Part shown: piece by piece, positions 40,989-52,249 of the stretch
Layout: each line of letters starts with the position of its first letter
Position numbering within the stretch: the stretch's first letter is position 1
Source: Methanotrichaceae archaeon
GTDB lineage: Archaea; Halobacteriota; Methanosarcinia; Methanotrichales; Methanotrichaceae
Assembly: GCA_963803145.1 (NCBI GenBank)
Contig: CAWDLW010000025.1
Location: 1-64,000, forward strand
Reading direction: 5' to 3'
Length of the DNA stretch: 64,000 bases
The notes under the pieces: generated by a model
What the model was told of the DNA's origin: nothing
What the model saw: the letters and a program-made list of their open reading frames with translations, nothing else
The model's database searches: none
Translations under genes and position numbers: made by a program

Positions 40989-41723
40989 ATGAGAGCCAAA
41001 TCTTTAGCAGCATCAATTTTCCTAGAATCGGGTTCCCTGGCATTAGTTCTCCTCTTTCTGATAGCCATATCTACGGCTGTTCCTCAGGGATCTTATGGGC
41101 AGCAATATGGCTATGGAGAGTGCCAGAAGTCGTTCATTATTGGAGTGGATCTTCAAAGGGTCTCCGGGCAGGTTAGTTCCCAAGGCTTTCTTGTGTATTT
41201 AGATGGCGCATACATGGGCTCTACTGATAGTGATGGCAGATTGGGGATTAGTACTTATGGCGGTCAGCACATCATAAATGTCTCTAAACAGGCAGGCATG
41301 GATACATATTCCGGAAGTTGGACTGGGATCATCGATTGCTATTACCCGGCCGGAGGGACGAATTATGTACCCATTACGATAAGCTGGATTCCAGGTAAAA
41401 CATCCGTTCAAGTACAATCTGCTCAAGTACAGCCTGCTCAAGCGCAGCCTGTGATCAATATTCCCAAGCCTGCCAATTTAGAGGGCATCATATTGATCGT
41501 AGTAATAGCTATTGCGCTAATAATCGGAATAATCATTGTGCTGAAATCTATAAGATATTTCCTTGTGAACGCTATCCTGGGATTATTGGTGCTATACCTG
41601 GCGAATGCATTTGCAGGGCTGAATATTGCGTACACATGGCTTGTTATAGTGATTTGTGCGATAGGTGGAATTGCAGGAGCCATAATTGTTATTATCCTGC
41701 ATCTATACGGAATGCCGATATAA
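40989..41723 (+). CDS. PEGA-like extracellular domain fused to a BofA-like membrane domain
   Basis: VYLDGAYMGST; C-terminal NAILGLLVL..AN...VICAIGGIAG. Confidence 0.65.
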   Translation: MRAKSLAASIFLESGSLALVLLFLIAISTAVPQGSYGQQYGYGECQKSFIIGVDLQRVSGQVSSQGFLVYLDGAYMGSTDSDGRLGISTYGGQHIINVSKQAGMDTYSGSWTGIIDCYYPAGGTNYVPITISWIPGKTSVQVQSAQVQPAQAQPVINIPKPANLEGIILIVVIAIALIIGIIIVLKSIRYFLVNAILGLLVLYLANAFAGLNIAYTWLVIVICAIGGIAGAIIVIILHLYGMPI

Positions 41724-41847
41724 AGTTTAGATATGTTTATAATTCCTAGAAAATGTATCCTACATTTATTCTACATTTACAGTCGTCAGGTTGCTTTACG
41801 ATTGTTCAACTAGGCAGATTAAGATTTTGATTCTTTAAGATGCCACA

Positions 41848-42150
41848 TTAAACCCACATTCCGCGCTTTAACTTCCTAAACCGATTATTTTTCTAGCTAG
41901 CGATTCTCCAAATATAATCAAAAAATATATTATCTATTTATATCAATAATTTATTTGTTTGCTGCGTCGCCCCTAATTAGACCCTAATAAGAGAATGATT
42001 TGCCATCTTATACCATAAGGGAAAAATGGCATATTGCAAAATTAATCGAAAAGAAATTCTTTATAAATTAAAATATTTTCATTCAATATCTGAAATAGAT
42101 AGCTAGAAAAATATTGATTTCTGATCTCAAAGTGCGGAATGTAGGATTAA
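41848..42150. repeat. Bipartite inverted repeats flanking an AT-rich core
   Basis: TTAAACCCACATTCCGCGCTTT...ATTTTTCTAGCTA versus TAGCTAGAAAAAT...AAAGTGCGGAATGTAGGATTAA. Confidence 0.6.
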
Positions 42151-42305
42151 ATCCACAAAAAGAGATTAATAATTCGAGATGACGTTCGCATATTTACAGA
42201 GATTAAATATCATATCGTTTTCAGCAAATATAATATTCAACTCTATTCCTCTAGCGCAGTCCCCTAGCTTTAGCTCAGAAGGCTAGAGATAGAGAGGGAC
42301 TATCT

Positions 42306-42752
<447 letters not shown>

Positions 42753-42788
42753 TTATGTGCTCACATGCTCATCAATTTCACGCACACT

Positions 42789-44003
42789 TTAAGCATAAGC
42801 CTTCTCGCCATGCTGGGAGATATCGAGTCCTACGTACTCTTCTTCTTCGCTTACCCTAAGGCCCAGTGTTGCGTCCACAATCTTTGCCAGCACAAAGGTC
42901 ATCACGAATGCGTAGATCACCGATGCTCCGGCGGCCATGATTTGAACCAGGAACTGGTGGCTGTTTCCATAAAGCAGCCCAGAGAAGCCGTTGATTGCAG
43001 GGCTAGCGAATATGCCCGTTGCGATTGCTCCCCATAGTCCGCCGGTGCCGTGTACTGCCCAGGCATCGCAGCTCTCATCGAGTCCTCTGCCGACACGGAA
43101 GAGCAGAGCTGTGTAGCACAGGACTCCAGCTATACCGCCAATGACTATTGCGGCCATCATATCGACATAACCTGCAGCTGGCGTTATAGCCACTAGTCCA
43201 GCTATAGCTCCGCTGACCATTCCAAGCGCGCTGGGTTTTCCCTTCATCCAGCTTGCTGCCATCCAGGTCAATGCGCCTGCAGCGGCAGCTGTGTTTGTAA
43301 CGGCGAAGGCTGAAGCTGCCAGGCCGTTTGCCGCCAAAGCTGAGCCTGAGTTGAACCCGAACCACCCGAACCAGAGTAGGCCGGCACCTATCATAGCCAT
43401 TGGAATGTTATGCGGCTCCATGACATACGATCCAAAGCCGATCCTCTTGCCTATCACCAGTGCTATTGCCAGTGCAGAGAAGCCTGAGCTAATATGCACG
43501 ACTGTGCCGCCTGCAAAGTCCAGGGCCCCGAGCTGAGCTGACCAGCCGCCAGCCCAGACCCAGTGAGCCAGAGGGTCGTAGACAATGGTCGTCCAGAGCA
43601 GGGCCAGTACTATGAAGGAGCTGAGTTTGACCCTCTCGGCCACTGCTGAAGTGAGTATGGCCAATGTTACTGCAGCGAATACAAGCTGGAACATCATATA
43701 GACGATATGGGGAATATTTCCGGCCAGGGGCGCTGGGTCCATGCCAACGCCGTGCATTCCTATGAAGTTTAACCCGCCTATGACTCCAGAGATATCTGTG
43801 CCGAATGCAAGGCTGTATCCGAAGAGCACCCACTGGATGGATGCCAAAGCGAAGGCCAGGAAAGAGAGGCCTATCATCGAGACGACGGTCTTGCTCCTGA
43901 CGAGGCCGCCGTAGAATAATCCTACACCTGGGGTCATCAGCATTACCAATGCTGTGGCCGCCAGGACCCATGCTGTGTCTCCACTGTTTAGAACCAACTG
44001 CAT
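42789..44003 (-). CDS. amt: Ammonium transporter
   Basis: [38 protein letters not shown]. Confidence 0.95.
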   Translation of the reverse strand: MQLVLNSGDTAWVLAATALVMLMTPGVGLFYGGLVRSKTVVSMIGLSFLAFALASIQWVLFGYSLAFGTDISGVIGGLNFIGMHGVGMDPAPLAGNIPHIVYMMFQLVFAAVTLAILTSAVAERVKLSSFIVLALLWTTIVYDPLAHWVWAGGWSAQLGALDFAGGTVVHISSGFSALAIALVIGKRIGFGSYVMEPHNIPMAMIGAGLLWFGWFGFNSGSALAANGLAASAFAVTNTAAAAGALTWMAASWMKGKPSALGMVSGAIAGLVAITPAAGYVDMMAAIVIGGIAGVLCYTALLFRVGRGLDESCDAWAVHGTGGLWGAIATGIFASPAINGFSGLLYGNSHQFLVQIMAAGASVIYAFVMTFVLAKIVDATLGLRVSEEEEYVGLDISQHGEKAYA

Positions 44004-44386
44004 CACCTTTGAATTATTATCGTTATGGAACGGAAGCTCTATTGTATGGGCACCTCTGAGCTTCAAGCTTAAGCCTTAAGCTTCAGAGCTGAGATGCCCC
44101 TAAAGCTTCGCAATATCACCCAGACTTGAGCAGTTAAAAGGGTATTTGATATAATTTCTGAAGTTCTATGATCCAATATGATTTGCTGAGAATTGTTCAT
44201 ACAAGTTAAGAACTGATGGTGTTTTCACTTCCTTGATGTACCCGGAATCTCAAGAGTAAAATGATCAAATACGAGACACAAAGAACGTCTATGATAAGGG
44301 ATTGCATCAAATAATCGTAAGAGGCCGTGTGTAGAACTAAACAGGAGTATACTCGCCCAATCTTGCCTAACCCTGTTCATTCTAAC

Positions 44387-45250
44387 TTATTCAGGCCTTC
44401 TGGTGGGCCTCCTGGCAGCCACCTCCAACATGCCCATCCCTACGTATGCCAATCCATCTTTAAGCGGGTGCCGCTCCAGATACCTATCTGAGATCTCCCG
44501 TATAAACTGCGGCCTCATCTCCTCAGGGATACGCTCGGTGACGGAAAGCCACGTAGTGCGGATGAAGCCTTCCAGTCCGGCCCTTCCTGGCAGCACCAAA
44601 TCCTTGATTGTCAGATCCGCCTTGAGTTCCTCAAGGCCTGCCTGATCCAGCCAGGCGTGATACTCCTCAGGGCCATAGATCCCGTGGGGGTTGGAGTATC
44701 CTCTGAAGTATCTGGACCACATCTCGCTCCTGATGACCGCTCTTGTCAGGTCGAAGATATTGCCTTCTGCTCCATCACTTCTGCCGCTGCACTGAATGAT
44801 CATACGTCCTCCGGGCTTGAGGCTGCGCTCTATGCCCTTGAGAACTGCCAGGTGATCCTTGATCCAGTGGAGGCAGGCGAAAGATGTGATCAAATCGAAC
44901 TCATGATGGTAGTTCAGGTTAAGGGCGTCTCCTGTCTCGAAGCTGAGATTGGCGTAAGAGGATAGTGATGGAGTAAATGGAAATTGATTATATGGAGCAG
45001 ATGATGATGAAATGGATGATGATAATATTCTCTGGCGGGCGAAGGCTATCATCTCATCAGAGCTGTCTATTCCCAGCACCTTGCCGCGAGGAACCATGGC
45101 TGCCATCTTTAAGGTGATCTTGCCGTCTCCGCAGCCGATATCCAGGATGTGCTCGTCTCCTTTGAGATCAAGCTTTGAGAGAACGGCTAATGCTGCCCTC
45201 TCCTGGGCGGAGGAGTTTTTCTCGTAGTCGCTGGGGTTCCATTGATGCAT
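44387..45250 (-). CDS. Class I SAM methyltransferase (Tam-like)
   Basis: WNPSDY, ILDIGCGDG, ACLHWI, LKPGG. Confidence 0.88.
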   Translation of the reverse strand: MHQWNPSDYEKNSSAQERAALAVLSKLDLKGDEHILDIGCGDGKITLKMAAMVPRGKVLGIDSSDEMIAFARQRILSSSISSSSAPYNQFPFTPSLSSYANLSFETGDALNLNYHHEFDLITSFACLHWIKDHLAVLKGIERSLKPGGRMIIQCSGRSDGAEGNIFDLTRAVIRSEMWSRYFRGYSNPHGIYGPEEYHAWLDQAGLEELKADLTIKDLVLPGRAGLEGFIRTTWLSVTERIPEEMRPQFIREISDRYLERHPLKDGLAYVGMGMLEVAARRPTRRPE

Positions 45251-46069
45251 GAGATCTATCGAAACTGAGGGCGCTTAAATAAATATGGTCTAGGATTTTC
45301 TGACGTTCATGTGAGTCAATAAGTAAATGAGGTAAAAGAAAAAAGACTTAAATAGCTAATCATTATTTATCATAAGCCAGAGTTAAAAAATTTGCAGTAA
45401 GTGGAATAAACTAAGGGTAATAAACGAGGGATAATAAATGAGGGGTAATAAATTAGGCATAATAAGCCTATTTGCAATATTGGTTGTTGTGACCGTACCA
45501 TTTGGACTCGCTAGACCATCTCTTCCGACAATCCCCGGAGCAGCGGATTCGCAATTAGCCAATAAGATAGATTTTAGTTCACCATCTGTTCCGACACTTC
45601 CCGCAGCAGCGAATTCGCAAATAGCTAACATGTTAGGACCTGATTCATCATCCGATCCTGGGACGGGGACTCTCGAACCAACAGGATCTGAACCGGGAGG
45701 AGAATCAGGCTTGGACTTGGGTACAGGGAGCGAAGGCATAACAGTTCCAGAAGAATCGATCATAGTAACTGTAGCGGGACAAGAGCTTCCCTTGGAAAAA
45801 TATCAGACGTATGGAAGTAATGCCCTTTGGATTGAAGGTACGCAGGGCTGGACGCAATATACAAGTGTTCCGCAGTATTCAGATATGTCTCTCATTGTCT
45901 ACACGCCCACCGGAGGCCAAGGGGCCATCTATGAGATGTATCCGAACCAGGGTTACCAAGGAAGCTACACGATTAATATCTATAACTTCTCTCCTGGGTA
46001 CAATCGATTGGGATTCCGTGGAAATATTCCTGGCAGACATATCCTGAGTTTATCAATGAACAAACAGTC

Positions 46070-47207
46070 GAGGATTCCTATAAACCTACCCCCTGCTTTA
46101 GCATCGAAAGTGTTAAATACAGCAAATAGTATTTATTGTTATGGATTCTTTTACTACTTGGGTATTGAAAGGTCTAAATGCAAAGCAAGAGGAGTCTAAA
46201 TTAGCTCAAGTATCTGGATTGATCAATTGGGTTCCCTTTCGTCCTCTTCTGGAAGGGATGTATACTAATAAGACCGAGAAGGGAGGAAGGCCCAACTGTG
46301 ATGTTATTCTAATGTTCAGGATCCTGATTCTCCAGCAGTGGTATGGCCTGAGCGATCTGGCTGTTGAACGGCAAATGGCTGATCGCATATCATTTATGGC
46401 ATTTCTTGGTTTTCCTGATCAGTTCCCTGATTCCAGAACTATATGGTCATTCAAAGAACGAATGGCGGAGACAGGAACAGATAGGCTTGTTTGGGCTGAA
46501 CTTCAAAGACAGTTGGATGCAAAAGGATTGAAGATCAGACGCGGAATTGTTCAGGATGCTACCTTTATAGAAGCAGATCCAGGATCATCGGAGTCAAAGA
46601 AACCACGTGGCGATGAGGCTAAGACACGTCGCAGCAAGGATGGCACATGGGCTAAGAAAGGCAATGAAACTCACTTCGGATATAAGTTACATCAAATAAC
46701 TGATATCGATTACAGCCTAATACGTGATATAGAGACCTCGACTGCATCACTGCATGACAGTCAGGTTGATCTCTCTATCCCTGGCGTGCCAGTTTTCAGA
46801 GATAGAGGATATTTCGGTGTGAAGGCCAAAGGTATTGATTTTACAATGAAGCGCAGGACTACTGATAAACCTCTTTCTGATCTTGATAAAGAACGCAATC
46901 AGTTGATCAGTATCCTCAGATCGCCTGGCGAAAGGCCCCATGCTGTAATCAAGAGGGTTTTCGAGGCTGGAAGAGTGCTTGTTACATCAGTCAGAAGAGT
47001 GCATGTGAAAATGATAGTTACCGCTTTCGCTTTTAACTTGTATCAGCTTTGTACTCTTAAAAAGGCAAATGTCATTTAGGGATAGCGGATGCTATCGAGA
47101 ATTAACTGAAAAAAAACAGGTTAGACCAAGAATAGCGAACATCGTAAGGCAAATCTAGAGTCGATTTAAAAAAACCGCCCTTAGGATACAAGTAAATAGG
47201 AATCCTC
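46070..47207 (+). mobile_element. IS5-family element (1138 bp)
   Basis: TIR GAGGATTCCTAT at both ends; 4-bp target duplication AGTC (46066-46069, 47208-47211). Confidence 0.93.
46141..47079 (+). CDS. IS5-family transposase
   Basis: GGRP, LQQWYGLSD, QDATFI, HFGYKLH, DRGY, RSPGERP. Confidence 0.93.
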   Translation: MDSFTTWVLKGLNAKQEESKLAQVSGLINWVPFRPLLEGMYTNKTEKGGRPNCDVILMFRILILQQWYGLSDLAVERQMADRISFMAFLGFPDQFPDSRTIWSFKERMAETGTDRLVWAELQRQLDAKGLKIRRGIVQDATFIEADPGSSESKKPRGDEAKTRRSKDGTWAKKGNETHFGYKLHQITDIDYSLIRDIETSTASLHDSQVDLSIPGVPVFRDRGYFGVKAKGIDFTMKRRTTDKPLSDLDKERNQLISILRSPGERPHAVIKRVFEAGRVLVTSVRRVHVKMIVTAFAFNLYQLCTLKKANVI

Positions 47208-47358
47208 AGTCAAGCAACAATATAATAATAGATGTGCAAGGCGGTACGACCTCAACTGCAAGTATGTACCCTACACAGGGATTAGGTACGACTAGCTTCC
47301 AGGTCGGTGTGTCAAATATAGCCCTACCATAGATACCTAGGAACGCTAACATTTTTTT

Positions 47359-47479
47359 GGATATCATAGATCTTACTAAAATTGTTCCCCGCTTGCGGGG
47401 TCAGGGGCAAGCCCGCGCGGCGTCTGAGCGCGCCCGTTAACCATTAGCGCGCGAGATCCACAGACGCGCGGTGCCCCAG
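47359..47479 (-). repeat. GC-rich dispersed repeat, inverted copy of 19697-19819
   Basis: Direct sequence comparison. Confidence 0.8.
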
Positions 47480-47546
47480 AAAGTCAGCAGTTTGTTGTTG
47501 TATAATGCCGCAATGAGTTCCTCCAGCTAAATAGCGATTACTTCAC

Positions 47547-48113
47547 TTGATTGGTATATCCTTGGAGGAAACGGATAATAACTTTATGAAGCTTGTAAAT
47601 AAATTTATAATGACCACACTCTTTGGCGGATCAGCTCTTTCTAACTCGATTATTCTAAAGGTTATAGGAACTGGTTGTATTAGCGGTGGTAGTGATGCTG
47701 AAGCTTCTTTTGAAGCTAAAGTTCCTGGAATTACTATTCCTGTTGTTCCTGGGGTTCCTATACCAATAAGTCTTGGAAATGCGGGAATTAAATTAGAGGG
47801 TGTATCCAAAAAGAATGTTGGATTTTATCTGACATCAAAATCCGGCCTTACTCCCTTTATGACGCTTTATGGTATTCGTAAGTGGTCGCCACTCCATCTC
47901 AACGGCCCTAATGAGATGTTTACTCAACTAACTGCAATGTATCTAAGAGATCAATTCACATACGGGCCAGAAACTTTAGACGATAAAAATACATATATGT
48001 TACAAAGGCACCCTTTCACGCGCCAGATTTTATGTTTACGTGCGAAGGTACTATTTGATAACGTCTATACAATTAGTGGATTAACAAAATGCTATCATAT
48101 ACTGATTGAATAA
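47547..48113 (+). CDS. Hypothetical ORF, possibly a remnant
   Basis: 188-aa ORF with a TTG start; no recognisable motif. Confidence 0.3.
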   Translation: MIGISLEETDNNFMKLVNKFIMTTLFGGSALSNSIILKVIGTGCISGGSDAEASFEAKVPGITIPVVPGVPIPISLGNAGIKLEGVSKKNVGFYLTSKSGLTPFMTLYGIRKWSPLHLNGPNEMFTQLTAMYLRDQFTYGPETLDDKNTYMLQRHPFTRQILCLRAKVLFDNVYTISGLTKCYHILIE

Positions 48114-48141
48114 AAATAAAAAAGAAGATCAGAACAAACTC

Positions 48142-49155
48142 TTACACGCATGGCAGCCAATCAACGCTGATTGAGCCGCATGTGGAGTTGCCCCAGAGCT
48201 GGATGAACTTCTCTATCGAGAAGACACCAGTCAAGTCTTCAACAGACCTGCCATACTCTGCGTGACGTCCCTTGAGCGTGTTCGGCGCGTTTGCTGCTGG
48301 ATCTCGGGATAGCCATCCGATATGAGCAACGCCTATGACGTTGCTGTTCAGATTGGCCTCGAGAACACCTGTACAGCAGGTTGGGCAAGATGGCCCTTCA
48401 TTAATGTTGCCGCCTGTCTCAGCGTTTATGCCGTATCCTCTTGTCTTGACCTCGGTTGTCTTCTGCAGGTGCTCTGCATGGGTGTATATCTCTGTCAGAA
48501 CTGCGCCGATCCTGTAGTTCTGGACGCACAGCTTCTCAATCCACTTCTGGTCGTATTGACCGGTCTGGTATGAGACAGGCATGTACTCGAACTCTGCATC
48601 CTTGGTGAAGTTGATGTAATCCATCTTGCAGTTCGTGTCAGCATAAGTACAGCTATAAGACAGAGGGTATTGGTTAGTATCAAGCTGTCTCTCAGCCTCG
48701 AGCTCAGTCCTCTCTATGATAACGTTGCCGGAACCTGACTCCTTCTCTACTAACTTCTGGCCGGAAAATCCATACTGCGTAGATATGATCGTCTCTACGT
48801 TCTTGTATCCTACGCCCTTTACGCTTGCCTTCTCGTACATGTAATTGCCATTGCCAAACGCCGCCTGATCTAAGCCTAAATGGAGGATCGAATCCTCCTG
48901 AATGTTATAGTCATTTAGGGTAAGGGCATCATCGAGTTGTTTGTCGGCAAAAATTAGACGCTGCTGGTTTGGTGGGATTCCTTCTTTATCCTGAATCTTC
49001 GCCTTGACTTGAGCGATGGTATCAGTAGGTTCCACCTCTAGTGAGATAGTCTTACCTGTCAAAGTCTTTATAAATATTTGCATCGCCACTGAATCAAGTG
49101 TAAACCCAAACAACAGAATAAAGACCAGCAGTAGACCGATTAACCTCCTAGTCAC
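48142..49155 (-). CDS. Secreted protein: signal peptide + eukaryotic-like ubiquitin domain + Cys-containing archaeal surface domain
   Basis: Residues 25-95 (48871-49083) [19 protein letters not shown]...HLGL are 56/71 identical to ubiquitin; GGGGG SD before GTG. Confidence 0.9.
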   Translation of the reverse strand: MTRRLIGLLLVFILLFGFTLDSVAMQIFIKTLTGKTISLEVEPTDTIAQVKAKIQDKEGIPPNQQRLIFADKQLDDALTLNDYNIQEDSILHLGLDQAAFGNGNYMYEKASVKGVGYKNVETIISTQYGFSGQKLVEKESGSGNVIIERTELEAERQLDTNQYPLSYSCTYADTNCKMDYINFTKDAEFEYMPVSYQTGQYDQKWIEKLCVQNYRIGAVLTEIYTHAEHLQKTTEVKTRGYGINAETGGNINEGPSCPTCCTGVLEANLNSNVIGVAHIGWLSRDPAANAPNTLKGRHAEYGRSVEDLTGVFSIEKFIQLWGNSTCGSISVDWLPCV

Positions 49156-49213
49156 TATCCGTCCCCCCTAATCCAAGTGTATCTGGCTATATGGATTACA
49201 TTATTCATATTTA

Positions 49214-50296
49214 TAGTTAATCCACGTAATTTTTACCTCATAGATACCCTTAAATAATTAATATACGATATAGCCGTTCATGGGCAGGAAACCTGTAATT
49301 GTAAGACATATCTCGAAGGTAGAATTAGATCAATTGTATAAAGATGAGAGAAACATAAGAATTAAAGAACGGCTACTAGCGATAATACATTTATACGAAG
49401 GAAAGAATGTATATATAGTAGCTGATATTCTTAAACGAAGTGAAAAGACAATAAAGAATTGGCTAAGCGATTGGAACAAACAAGGATATGATGGATTGAT
49501 ACCACAGAATAGAAACGGCAAAGAACCAATGATATCTTTTGATGAATGGGATAAAATTATCGAAGAGATTGAGGACAAAGGAATGACTATAAAAGAGGTA
49601 ATAAAATATGCAAAAGACACAAGAGGCGTAGAATATTCGTATAAAGGTGGTTGGAAGATTTTAAGATCAATAAAGAAAGTCAAATATGGTAAACCATATA
49701 TTAGAAATAATAAGAGGCCTGTTAATGCAGAAAGTTTTCTAAAAAAAGGATAGATTCAGTAATAACAACAGTCAAAGAACCTATTATTGGATTCCTTGAT
49801 GAAAGCTCTTTGCAACAGCGACCTAATACACGCAGGGTTTTAAACACCCATATGCTAAATTATCAACCTGGAAAAGTTAGGTCTAGAACTGTTTTTGGGT
49901 TCATTGCATTGAATGGAAATGATGAAGTTATGGTCTCTCACTCATCCAAGAAAGAAGATTTAATGATCTTCGCCCAAAAATTGAGAAGTAACAATATTAT
50001 GAGACCAATATGTATTGTCCTAGATAATGCTAGAATACATCTAGCTAAGAAGTTTAGGGCATTAGCCCACGAACTTGATATCCATTTAATATATAACGTG
50101 CCATATTCCCCTGATTTAAATCCTATAGAGTTCGGTTGGAAGGATTTTAAAAGAGAGATATCAAAATATACTGATTTTGATGAAGCTATTGAGGATGCCC
50201 AAGATTGCGCTTTACAAATATTTTATTCCAATAAAGATGGATACTCTAAGTCTTGGATAAAGCAGTTTATAAGGTAAAAAGTTGGGAGAATGACTA
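49214..50296 (+). mobile_element. IS630-family element (1083 bp), relative of 17426-18508
   Basis: TATAGTTAATC / GAATGACTATA ends with TA duplication; ORFs 49280-49753 and 49810-50277 with an A-run frameshift. Confidence 0.9.
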
Positions 50297-50451
50297 TAGT
50301 TTATCGTTAAACATTGTATGAAGGATTAAAAAAAGTCAAATAGGCGCACACGCTGCAAGCTGGGACCTTTCAGTTAGATGCAGTCAGATGATTTTTCGAT
50401 CTGACCAGCAAAAATCAAAGATCAAAAATAGTTGGGATAAAGGGCGCTAAT

Positions 50452-50790
50452 TCAAACCGCGCTGCACCCTCTTTCCTTCGTCCTCACTCGAACAACATCC
50501 TCCACAGTATAGATGAAAATTTTGCCGTCTCCAGCCTCGCCGGTGTGTGCAGTTTCGCAGATTGTATCGATCACCGTCTCTGCATCCGCGTCATCCACAA
50601 CAAGCTCCAATTTTATTTTTGGCAGGAACTCGACTCTATAGTCTCCCGCACGCCACTGAAGAGCAATGCCCTTCTGCCTTCCTCGGCCCTTGACCTCAAT
50701 GGCGGTCATTCCCGAGAAGCCTTTTGCATCCAGCTTTTCCCTAAGAAGGTTCAGCTTCTCAGGCCGAATTATCGCCTCAATCTTCTTCAT
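50452..50790 (-). CDS. glnK: P-II nitrogen regulator (second copy)
   Basis: [30 protein letters not shown]. Confidence 0.93.
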   Translation of the reverse strand: MKKIEAIIRPEKLNLLREKLDAKGFSGMTAIEVKGRGRQKGIALQWRAGDYRVEFLPKIKLELVVDDADAETVIDTICETAHTGEAGDGKIFIYTVEDVVRVRTKERGCSAV

Positions 50791-50799
50791 GTCTAAACC

Positions 50800-52062
50800 T
50801 CAAGAGTAAGCTCCTTCTCCGTGCTGGCTGATGTCGAGTCCAACGGACTCCTCCTCATCCTTGACCCTGATGCCCATGACTGCATCTATGGCCTTGGCGA
50901 TGCCGAAGGTTACTACAAATGAGTAAATCCAGACGCTTACGATTGCAATTATCTGCACAACCACCTGATGCGCATTTCCTGCAAAGAGCCCGGCTGATCC
51001 GATGCTTGCGAAAAACCCTGTTGCAAGGACGCCCCAGGTGCTGCCCATGCCGTGGCATGCGAGCACATCAAGAGAGTCATCTACCTTCTTGCTGCCTCTT
51101 ATGATGAGAATTGCATAGTAACCTACAATAGCAGCGCCTACACCTATGGGAATTGCCGCCAAAGGCGTAACGAAGCCTGATGCAGGAGTGATCGCCGCAA
51201 GTCCAGCCACTGCACCTGTGACTATTCCCAGGGCGCTGGGGGCTCTATGCCTCCATGAGAGTATCATCCATGTTGTGGCTGCGGCAGCTGCTGCAGTGTT
51301 TGTAGTGACAAAGGCATTTGCAGCTATGCCATTTGCTGCAAGGGCCGATCCTGCATTGAACCCAAACCATCCGAACCAGAGCAGGGCAGCGCCCATGACC
51401 GTCGTAGGTATATTATGCGGTTCCATTGGGTCAGTCCCAAAGCCCTTTCTTGCCCCGACAACCATAGCTACCGCGAGCGCTGCAACTCCTGCGCTTATGT
51501 GTACAACGAGGCCGCCCGCAAAGTCCAGTACACCTAATTGAGTCAACCATCCTCCTCCCCAGACCCAATGAGCTATTGGATCGTAGACAAGGGTAGCCCA
51601 TGCGAGGGAAAAGATCAGGAATGAGCTGAACTTTATTCGCTCGACAAAGCTTCCAGTGATGAGTGAAACGGTTATCACGGCGAACATTGCCTGGAAGATC
51701 ATGAACGTGAGACCTGGTATTGTAAGGCCCTCTTTCACATCTATGCCGACTCCACTTAAGCCCAGGTGTTCAAGGCCGCCTATGATTCCGCCGATATCCT
51801 TTCCAAAGGCTAAAGTGTAGCCGAGGAGAATCCATTGAAGGCTTATTATGCCCATGATTGCAAAGCTGAATATTATCGTCGATATGGCATTCTTTTTCCG
51901 AACCATTCCCCCGTAAAATAGCCCCACTCCTGGAATCATTATGAGTACAAGGGCCGCACTGATGAGCACCCAGGCATTATCTGCAGCATTTATCTGCCCG
52001 GTATCTGCAGATGCTGTGCCCAATAGAGCAGCCAATAATAGCAATAGCCAAACTGCACGCAT
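50800..52062 (-). CDS. amt: Ammonium transporter (second copy, with signal-like N-terminus)
   Basis: [32 protein letters not shown]. Confidence 0.95.
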   Translation of the reverse strand: MRAVWLLLLLAALLGTASADTGQINAADNAWVLISAALVLIMIPGVGLFYGGMVRKKNAISTIIFSFAIMGIISLQWILLGYTLAFGKDIGGIIGGLEHLGLSGVGIDVKEGLTIPGLTFMIFQAMFAVITVSLITGSFVERIKFSSFLIFSLAWATLVYDPIAHWVWGGGWLTQLGVLDFAGGLVVHISAGVAALAVAMVVGARKGFGTDPMEPHNIPTTVMGAALLWFGWFGFNAGSALAANGIAANAFVTTNTAAAAAATTWMILSWRHRAPSALGIVTGAVAGLAAITPASGFVTPLAAIPIGVGAAIVGYYAILIIRGSKKVDDSLDVLACHGMGSTWGVLATGFFASIGSAGLFAGNAHQVVVQIIAIVSVWIYSFVVTFGIAKAIDAVMGIRVKDEEESVGLDISQHGEGAYS

Positions 52063-52190
52063 TGTTACCACCAATTGATATGAAAAATTGCTATTTAATA
52101 AGCGTGTTTAGGAAAAGATATGTAAAATTCATAGAAATTATGATAAATTATGATCGCGGCTGAATTAAAGGTTTAAGGCCAGATGCTGCA

Positions 52191-52243
52191 AACTATCAAT
52201 TAGCCAACTATCAGCTAGCCAACTATCAGCTAGCCAACTATCA
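52191..52243. repeat. 15-bp tandem repeat (AACTATCAGCTAGCC x ~3.5)
   Basis: Directly visible in the sequence. Confidence 0.8.
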
Positions 52244-52249
52244 ACCGGC

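Larger units (their letters stand above)
45438..47332 (+). pseudogene. Secreted protein disrupted by IS5
   Basis: Removing the IS and one AGTC restores ...MNKQSSNNIIIDVQGG...NIALP*. Confidence 0.8.

Noticed and set aside
44004-44380. NrpR operator upstream of amt
   Set aside because: No clean GGAA-N6-TTCC site identified; only an AAGCTT-rich hairpin at ~44055-44090
48871-49083. A functional ubiquitin-conjugation system
   Set aside because: No C-terminal GG, the protein is secreted, and no E1/E2/E3/JAB genes lie nearby
52191-52243. 15-bp tandem repeat as a mini-CRISPR
   Set aside because: No spacers; a simple VNTR at a gene 3' end
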